DNA of 64,000 nucleotides from an uncultured Clostridia bacterium (GTDB lineage Bacteria; Bacillota; Clostridia; TANB77; CAG-508): NCBI GenBank assembly GCA_934182465.1, contig CAKPRG010000003.1, positions 109,542 to 173,541 of the forward strand, read 5' to 3'. Shown piece by piece: positions 62,994 to 64,000 of this stretch (position 1 is its first letter; each line of letters starts with the position of its first letter). The notes under the pieces were generated by a model. It saw only the letters and a program-made list of their open reading frames with translations, ran no database searches and was not told where the DNA came from. The position numbers and the translations under genes were made by a program.

Positions 62994-64000
62994 TTAATTT
63001 GCATTACTTATTTCTATTTTTTCATCTTTAGCAGTAAGTACAACTTTTTTCTTTGGTTTTATTTCATCATTTAAAATACCTTCTGCAATTTTATCTTCTA
63101 TTAGATTTTGTATTGCTCTTCTTAATGGTCTTGCACCATAATTCAAATCTGTTCCTTCTTTTGCTATTAATTCTTTTGCTTTTTCATCGACTTCAAATTT
63201 GATATTTTGTTTACTCATGCGTTCTTGTACTACTCTTAGCATATTATCAATAATCTCTGAAACATTAGCTTTAGACAATTTATGAAATACTATAATTTCA
63301 TCTATTCTGTTTAAAAATTCTGGCTTAAATTCTCTTTTAGCTTCTTGAATTACAGATTTTTTCATTTCATCATTTTCCGTTTTTAATTTTTCTTCGTTTT
63401 CTACAATATTTCCTGAGAAACCTAGAGTCTTTTTATCTGTAATTAATCTAGCCCCAACATTTGATGTCATAATTATTACTGTATTTTTAAAGTTTACAGT
63501 TCTTCCTTGGCTATCTGTTAATCTTCCATCATCTAATATTTGTAATAGTAAATTCATTACATCTGGATGTGCTTTTTCTATTTCATCAAAAAGTATTACT
63601 GAATATGGTTTTCTACGAACTTTTTCTGTTAATCCACCAGCTTCTTCATATCCAACATATCCTGGAGGTGCACCTATAAGTTTAGATGTTGAATGTCCTT
63701 CCATAAATTCTGACATATCAACACGAATCATTGCATTTTCATCACCAAATAAACATTCTGCTAATGCTTTTGTTAATTCAGTTTTACCAACACCTGTTGG
63801 CCCTAAAAATAGAAATGATCCTATTGGTCTATTTGGATCTTTTAAACCAACTCTACTTCTTCTTATTGCTCTTGCAACAGCACTTACAGCTTCATCTTGA
63901 CCTACTACTCTTTTATGCAATTCATTCTCTAAATTTTTTAGTCTTGCAGTTTCTGTTTCAGTAATTTTGCTAGTTTCTATTCCAGTCCATCTTGATACTA
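62994..64000 (-). CDS. clpC: Clp ATPase (ClpC/ClpB family), C-terminal D2 AAA+ domain; N-terminal part beyond window end
   Basis: [20 protein letters not shown] Walker A, sensor and C-terminal D2 small domain; frame open to position 64000. Confidence 0.85.
   Translation of the reverse strand, partial: VSRWTGIETSKITETETARLKNLENELHKRVVGQDEAVSAVARAIRRSRVGLKDPNRPIGSFLFLGPTGVGKTELTKALAECLFGDENAMIRVDMSEFMEGHSTSKLIGAPPGYVGYEEAGGLTEKVRRKPYSVILFDEIEKAHPDVMNLLLQILDDGRLTDSQGRTVNFKNTVIIMTSNVGARLITDKKTLGFSGNIVENEEKLKTENDEMKKSVIQEAKREFKPEFLNRIDEIIVFHKLSKANVSEIIDNMLRVVQERMSKQNIKFEVDEKAKELIAKEGTDLNYGARPLRRAIQNLIEDKIAEGILNDEIKPKKKVVLTAKDEKIEISNAN

Overview
This is an AT-rich (about 28% GC) low-GC Firmicute segment, most likely a sporulating Clostridium. 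The evidence for that is spoVM, spoIIM, sigH, cotJABC, a yjcZ-like peptide and a CIRCE operator on groESL. Nearly all genes lie on the minus strand.

Housekeeping genes:
- Translation: rpmF, rpmE, rpmB, smpB, lepA, ychF, der, metG
- Lipid/nucleotide metabolism: gpsA, plsY, pyrG, nadD, dCMP deaminase, fba, glmM
- Repair/recombination: mutL, xerD
- Other core: groESL, rny, rlmB, rsmB/F-like, clpC/B (partial)

RNA genes: tRNA-Thr(GGU) and RNase P RNA (type A).

Two loci stand out.

1. An integrase-associated insertion between rpmF and groEL, about 5.7-12.8 kb. It carries a translationally coupled three-gene operon that matches no named defence system I know. The first gene encodes an 828-aa protein with an adenosine-deaminase (ADA) catalytic core and a C-terminal LOG/SLOG-like Rossmann domain. 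The second encodes a 694-aa cytoplasmic protein with an R-S-ExE ADP-ribosyltransferase (ART) domain. The third encodes a C26/GATase1-type gamma-glutamyl hydrolase. I interpret this as a candidate signal-activated (d)ATP-deaminating anti-phage module.

2. A textbook type III toxin-antitoxin / abortive-infection locus at about 58.8-59.5 kb. It has a ToxN/AbiQ-family toxin preceded by three 35-nt tandem repeats and a terminator hairpin.

Other notable points:
- Several tiny genes are missing from the ORF track: spoVM (25 aa), a DUF1540-like 53-aa gene and a YjcZ-like 40-aa gene.
- A fused Wzz/BY-kinase carries in-frame 54-bp tandem repeats.
- Two surface proteins have non-canonical LPxA(N/G) sorting-like signals.
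- There is an LRR giant protein.
- There are families of conserved intergenic repeats.
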